Shown here: piece after piece, positions 1 through 10,833 of the stretch
Numbering within the stretch: position 1 is the first letter of the stretch
Layout of the letters: every line of letters begins with the position of its first letter
Assembly (NCBI GenBank): GCA_013265495.1
Contig: MU058065.1
Location: 6,510,302 to 6,574,301 of the forward strand
Length of the DNA: 64,000 nucleotides
Origin: Vicugna vicugna
Taxonomy: Eukaryota
Direction of reading: 5' to 3'
The notes under the pieces: generated by a model
Seen by the model: the letters and a program-made list of their open reading frames with translations, nothing else
Told to the model about the DNA's origin: nothing
Databases searched by the model: none
Translations under genes and position numbers: made by a program

Positions 1-515
1 CCCAGGGCTAATTTCTTGGTTCAGGGGTTTAGGACTCAAGAACCACTTGCAGAATTTGGAGAAAGCCCAGGAAAGGGCAGAGAGCCAGCACTTAAAGAAA
101 CAGTCAACAGAAACCATGAAGGAAACTAGAAGAAAAGGAATACATGCACTAGAGGAGAAAAGGCCAAAAGCAAGAGGACCAAGGATTTTCTGATTCCACT
201 TAGGACAAAGGTTCGTATCAGGAAAGAGAAGGATGTGAAACATGAGCATGGTGGAGGAAAGGGGACTTATGGAATATTCTTCCTCCTGAGAGATCTAACA
301 CTACAGAGGAGACTCATGTATTATGTGGGCAGGAAATGACTCTCTCCTTCCGAGGAGTGTTGAATAAGATGAAAATGATTGGGCAGGGGGCCAGAGTAGG
401 GGTGGATTCAGCCTTCCCTTGGTCAGGCAGAAGGCTGCTTGTCTCTGGACCTTTCTAATCATTGTCCCGCCATCTAGCCCCCATGTCTAGTGCCTCTCCA
501 CCCCAGTCCTCTTAC

Positions 516-747
516 CACTATCTGAAGGCTCATGGCGGTCGATAAGTTCCAGGGCAAGGTCAGAAGCATGTTCTCCTTCTTTCTGCCACTCTTGGAGGAA
601 ATCCACAAATTCCAGCAGTGTCAGCTTCTGCCCATCAGATGAAAAGTTTTCAAACAGTTCCTGCACCTCAGCACGTTGAGTCAATGACTTATAGAAATTT
701 ACAAATTCTTCTCCCTCCAGAGTTCCAGACTGGGATGCGTCTGCTGT
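516..747 (-). CDS. PLCD4: PLCD4 coding exon 5 (EF hands)
   Basis: 232 nt, acceptor cttctcttgc[54 protein letters not shown]...EPSDS, donor GTAAGA. Confidence 0.96.
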
Positions 748-3700
748 CTGCAAGAGAAGGTTTAGAGGAACGTGGACAGACCCTTTAACAGCAAATTTTA
801 GGGCTCTGACTTGCCCTCTCAGGGCAATACTATTGATAGATCCAAACACACTTCTACAAAACCCCTACAGAACTCCTGAGATTTAGTGTTCATAGAGGAA
901 GCCACTTCAATAAGTAAAACACAAACAAAATTTTAGCCATACTATTTGCTACTAGAGAAAATTTTCAACTAGATAGAATTAAATGCCCCAACAGGTTGCT
1001 AAAAGATCAGAAGATCTCTCCTCCTATTTACTCACATGCCAGTTGGAGTTTTCCACCGCACCAGGCACTTAGGAAATTCTGACCAAGGACAGAGAGGTCC
1101 CTGAGCTCTGATGTAATAACATATTGTTATTTACCTTTCATAAGATTATGAGTCATCTTTCCAACAACACTGAAATGTAAGAATCATGTCCTACTCTTCC
1201 CATTGAGCCTGGCATAGTGCTAGGGCACATAGGAGAGATTGAACAAATGAGTGTTGATAGGGTCAGAGGACATCTGGCCAAGTAAGAATGCGGCCTTGGC
1301 TGGCTTCTGCTAATCCTTCTCCAGAAGACTCACCTGGAAAAGCTGGAAGGCATGTTCTTGGTCCATTTCCACATTCATCAGGTGCAGTAACCGCTGGACC
1401 TCTCTGAAACTCATGCGACCATCCTGGTTTTTGTCTCCACGCTGGAACCAATCACTCAGCCATCCAGGTCTGAGTCAAGGCAAAAACACTGTGTGTGTGT
1501 GTGCATATTCATCCAACAATATCTGCTCCCCTGTCTTTGCCACCAGTCTCTTCCCCATGCCAGTTCATTTTCCCCATTATTTTCCAGAATAATCTCCCCA
1601 GAGCACCAATCTATCTTGTCCCTGCATGGCTCAGGTGCTTGCAGGAACCTCCCTGTTTCCTACAGAAAGAAGACCAAATTCCTTGCCATAGATGTTAAGA
1701 TCTCCTTCATTTCCATGCTCTGGTCCCAACCCAGCCTTCTCAACACATTTCTGTCCTCTCTGTACCTCAGCCAGACTCAGCAGCTCCCTGCTTCCTGATG
1801 TTCCTCTCTCTGCTCTTCAGGTTCCTATCTCTGAGCTTTTACTCATTCTGTTCCCTCAGGCAGGAGTGCCTTTTCCTCCTCCTCTCTTCATGTTCAGGGG
1901 CTGTTCATTTTCAAGGCTCAGCTCAAATGCTACTTCCTCCCTGAAACTTTCTCAGAACCCTCCCAGCTAAAATTAAATATTTCTCCTTCTTTTGAACACC
2001 CACAAATAACCTAAGTAACATAACACTTCTATGGTACTTTGCTTATTTACACAATTCCATTCTCTCTACTGACTGAAATAATATCTGAGTCTCATTAATC
2101 TTTGTACCTCTTAAGCCTGGCCTAGTGCCCCATACATTCTACTTAACAATGGTGAATGAATGAATGAACTGGTGTAGAAGGTGAATACAATCTAGGAAAC
2201 TTGAAGTGAGTTGACACCACTAAGACCTCTAAGGGGTTGCTTCTCATCCCTATGGTAGTTAATGCCACTGGGATCCTCTGTTCAGCTCTCAGGATCAACT
2301 CCTAATTTGGTCCTTTGCCTCTCACTGTCCCTTCCCCTAATCCTGTGGGCCCTGATTCCTGCCCAGACTCTGCCTGGCTTTGCCTTTGCAAGCTGTCAAT
2401 CCTCCCTCAGTATCCTCAGCCTCACATTGGGCTGAGCTGTCCCTTCCCACCCCATCTGGATTCTTGGGCCTCCCTGGCCCCGTACCCCCTCCCACTTGTC
2501 CCCAGCCCTGCTGCATCTGGCTCCTTCTGTGATCCCTGGCCCCAACTCTGACTCCATCCTGTCGATACTGGTCCAGTCGCTCTTGTTGGTCCATGCTAGT
2601 GACAAAGTCCACCAACAGTCGGAGCCCCTGCATCCAGACCTGGGCCTCCTCAACACTGTTGGCCACCAGGTCCAGGTTGGAGCGACGGCCGTGGAAGACG
2701 ATGGTGAAGCCCTGCTCCAGGGGGAGCTCCTCTGCCAGGTTGCGCAGCAACTCAGACTCATGGCCCTCACGCACTGTGTCCACGTCAGAGATTGAGACTG
2801 GCAGAGAAGAAGCAAGTGGGGACACTTAGGAAGAGAGTCCACCAAATTACAGCAGCTAAAGGTTAAGGACCAGTACCCCCTTCCTCTCTGTGAAGCCAGA
2901 GGAGGAGAGACCCCAGCCTCCACAGGCTGAAACCTCCAAAGTCTTAGTACAGGGAGATGCAGACCCCTGGGATGCAGGATTCCCCATGAGCCATTGCTGT
3001 TTTCTTAGGCAGCATGGCAAGGTGTCTATGCTAGGAGTGGCAAGACCTGGCTTCCAGCCACCAGCTGGCAGTGTGACCCAGATCAAAATGACTTAAGTGC
3101 TCAATATCCTCATCTTAAATAAGGGATGGTCCCTTCCATGGCCAGCCCACATGGTGGTTTCACATTCCTGAAAGGACTGACAAATAGTAACACACTTGTA
3201 GGGGGGAAGCAGTTACACCAAAGCATGAATTCCCAAACTCAATTCTCCCATTCCAGGCTGGAGTGCTTTCTCTTTCCAGATGTCTAGGAGGGAGCCAGAG
3301 AAATTCTTCCACCCCTTTTCTTTAGCTGGGGGTGGTGTGGATCATGAACTTCGAAAGTAGATTCTCTTAGATGTGTCCTGTGATCTAATTTTTAGAGGGA
3401 TCATAAAGTGTTTGGCCAATGGGATGCACACTGTTATGATACATTTATGATATTTAAACATATTTATCATAATGACTAACATTTATTAAATACATTCTGG
3501 TTTTAGGTCTCATGCTAGGTGCTTTATACATTAACTTACTGAGCCTCTGTAACCTACTAGGCAGGTCCTGTTTAATCCCAATATTATGGATGAGGAAACT
3601 AAAACTTAGTTTAAGTAACTTGTCCCGAGCCACTAAGCTAGAAATTGGCAGAGCCAGGGCTTTAATCCAGGCAGTCTGATGCCTGTGATCATGCTCTTAA

Positions 3701-4294
3701 TTTTAACAACAGGATATAACCTGTGATTTGTTAAGCCTTATTATGTGCCAGGACTCATCTAAGCCCTTTGCATGCAATAACCAATTTGATCCTCATAACA
3801 AAGAGGCAAGTATTGTTACAATTTCCATTTTACAGACTCAGACATAGACAAAATGGGACCAGACAGGGGCACAAGTAGGACACAGGTCCTTCCCCAGCTC
3901 TCAGGCTGCTGGGCTCCTCAGGGTCGTATCCACCCATGTGCCCCCCCACCCCACTGCCCCAGCTATCCACATCACTCACAGCTGGGCTTGGCCCTGCCTC
4001 CGGCCTGCCGGGCATGCCAGACTGTCATGCCATCGTCCTGAAGTCTGAAGTATCTTAGCTTCTTCCAGCTTTTGGACCTCACCTTCCGCATCATCGTGCC
4101 TTTCTGCATCAGCAGTAGGTCTTGATTGATGGGCAGCCCTGAGCCAGGAGAAGCAGGGACAGGGTAACTGGAGGGGAGGGTAGAGGGCTCAGGAGCTCTT
4201 TGGCAGGGGTCTAGCCTCCGCCCCAACCCTAGGATGTCTCCCCAAGCCCTCTTCTCCTGCAGAAGTACTCACGGCCTTGCAGCAGGGACGCCAT
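516..4294 (-). CDS. PLCD4: Phospholipase C delta 4, 5' part (PH domain and EF hands); the gene continues beyond the left edge
   Basis: Exons 4273-4294, 3980-4138, 2569-2797, 1334-1463 (or 1469) and 516-747 join in frame: [52 protein letters not shown]...[24 protein letters not shown]...[20 protein letters not shown]...EPSDSG. This is recognisably PLC-delta-4. Confidence 0.97.
1334..1463 (-). CDS. PLCD4: PLCD4 coding exon 4 (EF hand); 5' boundary is 1463 (GG acceptor) or 1469 (AG acceptor)
   Basis: [43 protein letters not shown], donor GTGAGT at 1333. Confidence 0.92.
1560..2168 (+). mobile_element. L2 3' fragment
   Basis: CTCAGCTCAAATGCTACTTCCTCC..GAAACTTTCT motif and terminal (GAAT)n at about 2154-2168. 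Confidence 0.6.
2569..2797 (-). CDS. PLCD4: PLCD4 coding exon 3 (end of PH domain)
   Basis: 229 nt, [18 protein letters not shown]...[35 protein letters not shown]; unusual donor GTATCG. Confidence 0.95.
3475..3840 (-). mobile_element. MIR elements
   Basis: GATGAGGAAACT...AAGTAACTTGTCC...GGCAGAGCCAGG and TTATGTGCCAGG...CCATTTTACAGA cores. Confidence 0.65.
3980..4138 (-). CDS. PLCD4: PLCD4 coding exon 2 (start of PH domain)
   Basis: 159 nt, AG/GT bounded, [52 protein letters not shown]. Confidence 0.96.
4273..4294 (-). CDS. PLCD4: PLCD4 first coding exon (whole exon 4273-4328), MASLLQG
   Basis: Acceptor ttgctcctttAG at 4329-4330, ATG at 4294, donor GTGAGT at 4272-4267. Confidence 0.92.
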
Positions 4295-5267
4295 CACCCA
4301 CTGCTTTACCAACTGATGCCAGAGTCACCTAAAGGAGCAAGGAGGAGCAAGAGGCTTTAGGTTAATCTTGATGGTCTTAAAATAACAGATCAAGGGAGGA
4401 AGAGGAGGAAACTAGTGTTTCTTGACTGTCCACTGTATGTCAGCTACTTCATCTACATAGCTTGTAGCTCTTTTTACTTCTAATTTGAATTTGGTGACTC
4501 TGAGCTAAGAGAGGCTGAGAAACCTGCCTCAGTCACATAGGGATTCAGAATTTAAACCCAAATATATCTGATTCCAGAGCCTCTGTTCCTGAAGGGCTAG
4601 GGCAGAGCACTTCTTTTGTCTCTTCTACAACACTTTGTGCTGTACTTAGCTAAATAAGCCACCTTTTCTACCTTCGCACAGTAAAGTTTATTATACACTC
4701 TTTTTCACAGCAGTTATTCTCACAGTTTTAATGGACCAGATAAATTACATAATCTCAGAACTGCATTTTCAAGTCTTCTCTACCTACTAAAAAAGTACTA
4801 TCTTTAAATATATGCTGTATAATTTAGGTCCTGGTTAAGTTCTCCTAGTAGCTAATAGAAAACTTGCCTTGAAAAGAACGAAGACTTAATTTGTGGCCAC
4901 TTTGATTCTAGCTCTGCCCCTAGAAGAAATATACTCAATTCTTGACCAAATCATGCTGAAACTAACTAGCCAAGCTCATGAAATATAAAGCTGTGTGTTT
5001 TTGTATGAGCAAAGGATCTACACTTGAATGGAAATGTGGGTTTTTTAAATCAATAAGTTTAAAATTTTGACAGTGGTGAACATCTGAAAAACAAAGAATC
5101 CTTAAAGCAACCAGTTAGTGCTCCATTAAAACATCAGGCAGTTCAACTCCCTACATTTTACAAATGAAAAAGCAGAAGTTCAGAAATGTGATGTGACTTT
5201 TTTGAGGTCACACAGCAATTTAGTGCCCTCTCATTATTAGGAAGAGCTTATAAAGTCACCCAGCATG

Positions 5268-8200
5268 TTAAGTTTTTAGGAATAATATGGAAGTCATAGA
5301 AAATACAGCTTTCCTGACTGCAGGACCCAGAGAAGGTTTTCTAAAGGAGTAGACATGCACAAGTGCCCAGAGGGAGAGGAGAAAGTTAGGAATCAGTCTG
5401 AACCTAAGCAGAAGAGATAACTCAAGGCAGCGCTCAGGAGAGCAAGAACCCAGCAACAGTTCCAAGAAGAAAAGATTTTGCTGGTTGAAGCTCAATATGT
5501 AAGCCTGGATGAGATCAAAAGAAACCTCTGGATAGAATAAGAATGCCAGAGTGCTTCCTGAAAGACAGAAAAGCATCTCTGCTTTGCTGGGTGGGATGAA
5601 CAGTTTGGAAACTGAGGTTTGCAAAAGCCATGTGAAGACTGAAAAGTAACAGATCCCTCTTAGATGTCTTAGGTCCTCAGACTCTACAGTGGAATGTGAT
5701 TAGCCTGGGACTGAAGTCTAATCCCCCTTGCCAACATCCTGCCTTATCTCCCCTCTGAACTTCTGGGATGGGTGGGCCATGGCCCTGGAAGAAGACAGAA
5801 TTACCTTCCCTTTTGCTTATGTCCAGGAGCCTCACTACAGTGTCCTGAAACAGGCAAGCCTGAGAACAGAGCCCAGGTGCTGGGACACCAGCTCCCTCTT
5901 CTCAAATCAGCCTTAGAAAATTATTTTATCCTCTTTTGTCAAACTCCTTCAACTTCAGGGCTTGGCATGCCCTTCTGATCCTGCTCCCATTCCTGAATCC
6001 TTATTTTAAACTTGTATGCAGGTGACATGTAGCCATTAGATGGCCAATTTCAACTCAGGGATCCACCAGAATATTACAGCTGGACTTCATTTTATAGAGA
6101 AGGGGACAGAGAACTAGAAAGATTAGCTGAACTGCCAGTCAGATGAATTAAGTGACAGAACTGGGACTAGAACTGAGGTTTCCATCTGACAAGCTCAGAG
6201 ATCACACCAAGACTTTGCCCTTAGAAAGGGCTTTCTCTAGGAAGCAGATTAAAGGAGAGCTATCAATGAGGGGCATCAGTGTTTTGTCTCTGCCTCCATC
6301 ATTCTCTGTTCCCACAATATCCCACTTAATAGCCTTTCTTTTCTTCCCATTTTCTTTCCTTTCCCCATCCTCTGCCTGACCCTTCCTTTTTCTTTCTCTC
6401 CAGCTTACTCTTTTCTCTCCTAATCTGCTCTCTGCCTCCTTATTTGCTCACTTAAGTCAGCCTCCCTTTGCTCTCCTTTTCTGACCCTTCTCCTCTTCTC
6501 TTCTCTCCATCACCTCTTCCTCTCTTGCTTCTCGTCTTATTCCCAATAGCTCTGTTTTTCATCCTCTGTGAGGAGTTTGAAACTGTAGTCCAAGAGGAGG
6601 AAAACTTCGGTTCAGATACTGAGTGGCACATTCTTCTGCTCAACCTCATTTTCCCCTGTATCCTAGGAGACTGACTAAACAAACTGCCCAGAGAATGCAG
6701 CTTAGAACCCTAGTGTTGTAGGTCTTAGTGTTGCCTCTGGTGCTTGAAGGTAGGATGGGAAGGATGGTCACAACTGATGCAGGTGCACTTAGGAGAGGAG
6801 AGAGAAAGGATTTGGGAGTGGGAGCAAGAGCAAGAGGCAAGGAGCAGAAGATAACGACTGAGAGTAAGAGATTGGATCTTAACTGTTCACTCCTAGACAC
6901 GTATGTGGAGATCCTCAAAAGTACGGATAATTACCTCTGTAATACACATGAGAAAATAAAGATATAAAATAAGGTGGGAAGGGGCCAGGGCTGCCGAGCA
7001 AGATTCAGTCCTCAACTGCCAGGTGTCTTCATGTCACCTAGAGATGGACTTTGGCAGAGTGGCCAATGGTCCCAGCGGCTTATAGTGGAATTCAAGATAT
7101 CTAAGGTCTCTCTGAGGGCAGGATGGAAGAGAATCATTCTGTCTACTCTCTTGCTTTGGAGCAGGATTATCACAGACCTGGTTCATAAAAAGAGGACAGA
7201 ATGGCTTTGATCATAGGTTACAGACCTCAGAATGTTAGAGCTTGAAGATTCTTTTATAACATCAAATCCAGTGGTTCCTGGCTATACCAATATCCCCTGA
7301 AAAGTGTCTTAAAATAGAGATTCCTTAGCCCCACTCCAAATCTACCAGATCAGATTTTCCAAGGATGGGACTCAGGAATATTTATTTTTAACAAGCACCT
7401 CTGATACACAAGGAAGTCTGGGAAACCTATTACAGATCATTAAGTTGTGGTTCAAAGTCATATAGCTAGTTGATGTCAGAGTCAGGACTAGAAGCAAGTG
7501 CTTTTCCCAGCACAGCACTCTGGTACCCCAACAAACTGCCCTGGACCATTGGGCAGGCTAAGAACAAGGTATAGAACTCAAACCCTGGCTCTTTCCAAGG
7601 AAGTCTTAGAATTCTCCCTATTACCAGGGGTTTCTATACTCCTCATGGGTCTTGGCCAACCCTTATTTGATAATCCTCAACAATCTGTTAATGAATTTAT
7701 GCTAAAGCATGGCTGCTCCAGTTCTCTCTCTTCCCTTATAAGGGTGGGGCTCACCTCTGAGTGGCAGCCCTGAGTAGCTAAGAGGTTCCCATATAAAGAG
7801 GTGACTAATTCAGCCAGCAGGAAAACTCTTAAGTCAAACAAAATTAAGCTAGAGAGAGCCAAGAGGTCAGAACCCTGTAGGATTGTTCAGGCAAAGGAGT
7901 CCAGGGTATGATTTAGTCAGGGTGGTTAAGCATGTGGAGGGCAGAGTTAGGGACTCAGGCAGGCCAGAGCTTGGAGCAGAGGCTGGTCAGAGCCTCCAGG
8001 CCCTTACCGTGGCAGGATAGCAGTCCTGTGTCTGAGCTCTGCGACTCTCTCCACTGTGGGACGAGGAAGCCAGGCTGGGCTCCTTTTCTCCGTTGCTTCT
8101 CTTGCACTCGCTGGCTTCCTCCCCTCTTCTACTGCAGTTTGCTGCTGTCACTGGCAGAGTTACAGCCAGATGGAAGGAGTAGGGTGGGGAGAGGTGTGAG

Positions 8201-9257
8201 CTCTCTCCTCTGTTCAGCCCATCCAACTCTTAAAGGCCCAGGACACTGGTCAGTGTGAGGGAGGAGTGGAAGTGGGGTGGGTAGAAAAGGATTAAGGGGA
8301 GGGATTGACCGGCACCACATCTCCAGGGAGGAGGAGCCTGTCTGCCCTTCATCCTGGTGCCAGCCCTCACTGACCCCAATCCTGCAGCAGCTCTCAAATG
8401 AAACCCAAGGAGTGTCTGAGTTGCAGTGCTCCATGAATCACTGCTTTTCATTCTGGTTGATTTCCCTCTGTTGTACAGCTGTCTTTGCCCTTATTTCATC
8501 TGGCTCTTTTCCACGGTGTTTCCACTGCCCTGCTTCTCTGTCTTTGCATCCTGCCTTGCAGGGCACTGTCTAGCTCTGTGGCACTGGGAAAGGAAAAGGA
8601 GAAGACGAAGAGAAAAGGGGGAGAGGAATGATATTAGAGTGTAGAGGGACAGGTTGGTGTCTATGTATGTATTAGGCACTCACTATTGAAGAAATGCAGA
8701 CATAAATGTATGAAGCAATTTATTTATTCTTCATCTGTGTTCATTCATTCTACAAGCATATGCTCAGCATCTCCAATGTGCAAGGACATACATGTATATT
8801 TATAAAGGTATGTATAGAAATAAAGCAGCCTCATGGTGTATGTGGATCAAAGGCAAAAAGAAGAGCAAAAGGCTGGAAAGACACCCAGCTGGAAAGGAAG
8901 GTAATGAGCTTCCTACAAGCTCATGTATAAATAGGCAGCAGAAACATAAACCAAGACTGAGGAAAGGGGACCAAGTTAGGAGAGGATTAGGGGATTGTAA
9001 AGGGCTTTATTATGGCCCCACTGCTTCTTTCACAATGTGAAACTGAGGCCAGGGAAGTTTAGGCAATGTCCTGGACTCACATGTCATCAGCAGAGACAGC
9101 CAGTCCATTACACTCTTCTAGGCATTGTGAGCTAGGATCTACTTCTGCTCTGCCTTGGAAAGACAGTGGGGTATGGCTCTTTCTGGATCAGTGAATGACA
9201 GTGTGAAGCTGAAGGCATAAGACATAGGGCATAGGGCACAGCCCTGTACTTGGACTT
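5268..9257 (-). pseudogene. Putative unprocessed (intron-containing) pseudogene related to OCRL/INPP5B inositol 5-phosphatases: PH-like, degenerate 5-phosphatase, ASH and RhoGAP-like blocks
   Basis: Ten AG...GT bounded blocks: 9081-9257, 8375-8583, 8008-8245, 7755-7848, 7625-7684, 7038-7177, 6884-6936, 6514-6662, 5805-5911, 5268-5638. Most phases are compatible. The translation has many stops but carries QNDSLPS, SISRGNYP, PLSI*TEVFLLLDYSFK, VPAPGLC, REVFTWLL and FFLELLLGS, which resemble OCRL motifs (recalled from memory) in the same order. Confidence 0.65.
7268..7427. mobile_element. MER5-like hAT element in an intron of the fossil gene
   Basis: CAGTGGTTC start, AGATTCC...CCCCAC.CC and ATTTTTAACAAGCACCTC motifs. 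Confidence 0.6.
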
Positions 9258-10251
9258 CTGTGGGATCAGAAGTGAGGTGTGTCTTAATCATAGGTACAGA
9301 GGGAACTAACTGTATGAAATGGTGTGATTTTGAGTGTGCTGAGATCTGGCTGCCTCTGGTGGCTCCCTCAAACATCCCTCAACTGCATAATATTCTACCA
9401 TTAATGATTATTTATAGACAAACCTTTAGTCCCATTAAAATAAAATCCTCCTAAGTGATTACCATAAATGTCAGGACAATGGTTACTTTGGGGAGAAAGG
9501 AGGAGTTGTAATGGGATGCAGCACCTAGCTGGCTTCTGAAATAGCTGGCGAAGTTCTGTTTCTGCTCCTGGGTGCTAACAAGGATCTTTATAATGACTAA
9601 TTAAGCTATACATTTTCTTTATGTAGTTTTCTACATTTGTGTTATATTTTACAATAAAAGGGTTTCACATTTTAGTAACTGGTCATTTCTGAAGCCTTAT
9701 GGGCTTTTATAATTTATACCTGAGTTGAGTTTATTGTACTCTACTGAGAGCAGGTTTTGATAAAGGAAAAGGAGAATGCAGAGAGTAGAGGCAGAAGAGG
9801 GAGGGAGAACACTCATGGGGAACAGAAAGATTAGGAGGCACCAAGATTTAAACTGTGCTTATTTCGGATTTTACCTTGATAGAGACCCATATCTCACATA
9901 CTTACTCTCCCATTTCCACTTCTCCAAAATTGTCATGTCCTTATTTTTCCATGCTTCTCCTTCCCCTTCCCACTCCTCTTCTACACTCTAGGATTATGTA
10001 TGGTTTGCCTCTCTGAGTCAGTATTTGCCTCACTTAATTGTGGCCCAACCTCTTTCCCTTCTCAGTGTTGAGGGGTATTATCACCCATCCTGAATTTTCT
10101 GGTACAGTTCAGATCTCAAACATTCTGTTTCAGTGTTCTCACAAGCACACTAGTGCTCCCCAGATCATGTGTTCTCATTTTGGGGACAGGTGCTTAGAGT
10201 CCTTCACAAGGTTAGTATGGCTCCAAAGAGTGGCTTAGAAGACATGCTCAC

Positions 10252-10600
10252 TGTAGGATGCTTTTTAGATCTAGGAAGGGAACAGAGACAGGGCCCCGTG
10301 CACAGGAACTGTCCATCTGGCACATCTGGTTTAGTTGTTCCTATTTCCATAATGATCCTGGCCCTTCCCCCTCTGTTGTCTATTATTAACAGAGCCAGAA
10401 ACCTGATCAGGGCAGCAGCAACAGAGGGACTTTCTGGGAACCATGCCCAGGAAAGGCCCAGAAGCCCTAAATTGAAATGAAGGGGCAGCTGGCAAAGAGG
10501 GAGACCTAAGTCCTGTACTCTGCTGCCACGCTGGCAAGCCTGGACTCTCCCCCTGACACCCAGGAGAGAGGCTGTAAACTTCCGTTTTCAGAAGTCAGGT
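10252..10600 (-). promoter_or_regulatory. PLCD4: Candidate promoter and non-coding first exon of PLCD4 (or of the fossil gene)
   Basis: Repeat-free, more GC-rich block next to an old L1. It has an ETS-type ACTTCCG at 10578-10584 and a minus-strand donor CA|GTGAGC at 10251. The PLCD4 ATG exon has a splice acceptor, so an upstream exon must exist. Confidence 0.4.
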
Positions 10601-10794
10601 TGAGGCTTCAGAGACCTGTTCCACAGACTATGCAAGCAACTACTCAAACTTCTGAAATAAAGTCCCCCTTCTTGGTGGTGAAAAAAGCAACTCAAAATAT
10701 TAAATCCCATCCGAAAAATCATCATTAGATTACCTGTTGAATTAAAAGCCAGGATATATAACTTCAAAAGATAGCCACTCTTTCCAGCAAATAC

Positions 10795-10833
10795 AAAAAC
10801 CAAAACCAAAACCAAAACCAAAACCAAAACCAA
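10795..10833 (+). repeat. (AAAACC)n microsatellite
   Basis: About six AAAACC units. Confidence 0.9.

Noticed and set aside
2396..2923. ORFs overlapping PLCD4 coding exon 3 in other frames or on the other strand
   Set aside because: Shadow ORFs of a GC-rich coding exon.
6884..6936. Alternative-frame reading VIIRTFEDLH suggesting a PX domain
   Set aside because: The phase of the upstream exon selects the GNYP frame, which fits the OCRL-like motif order; the PX-like frame stops immediately and has no other support.
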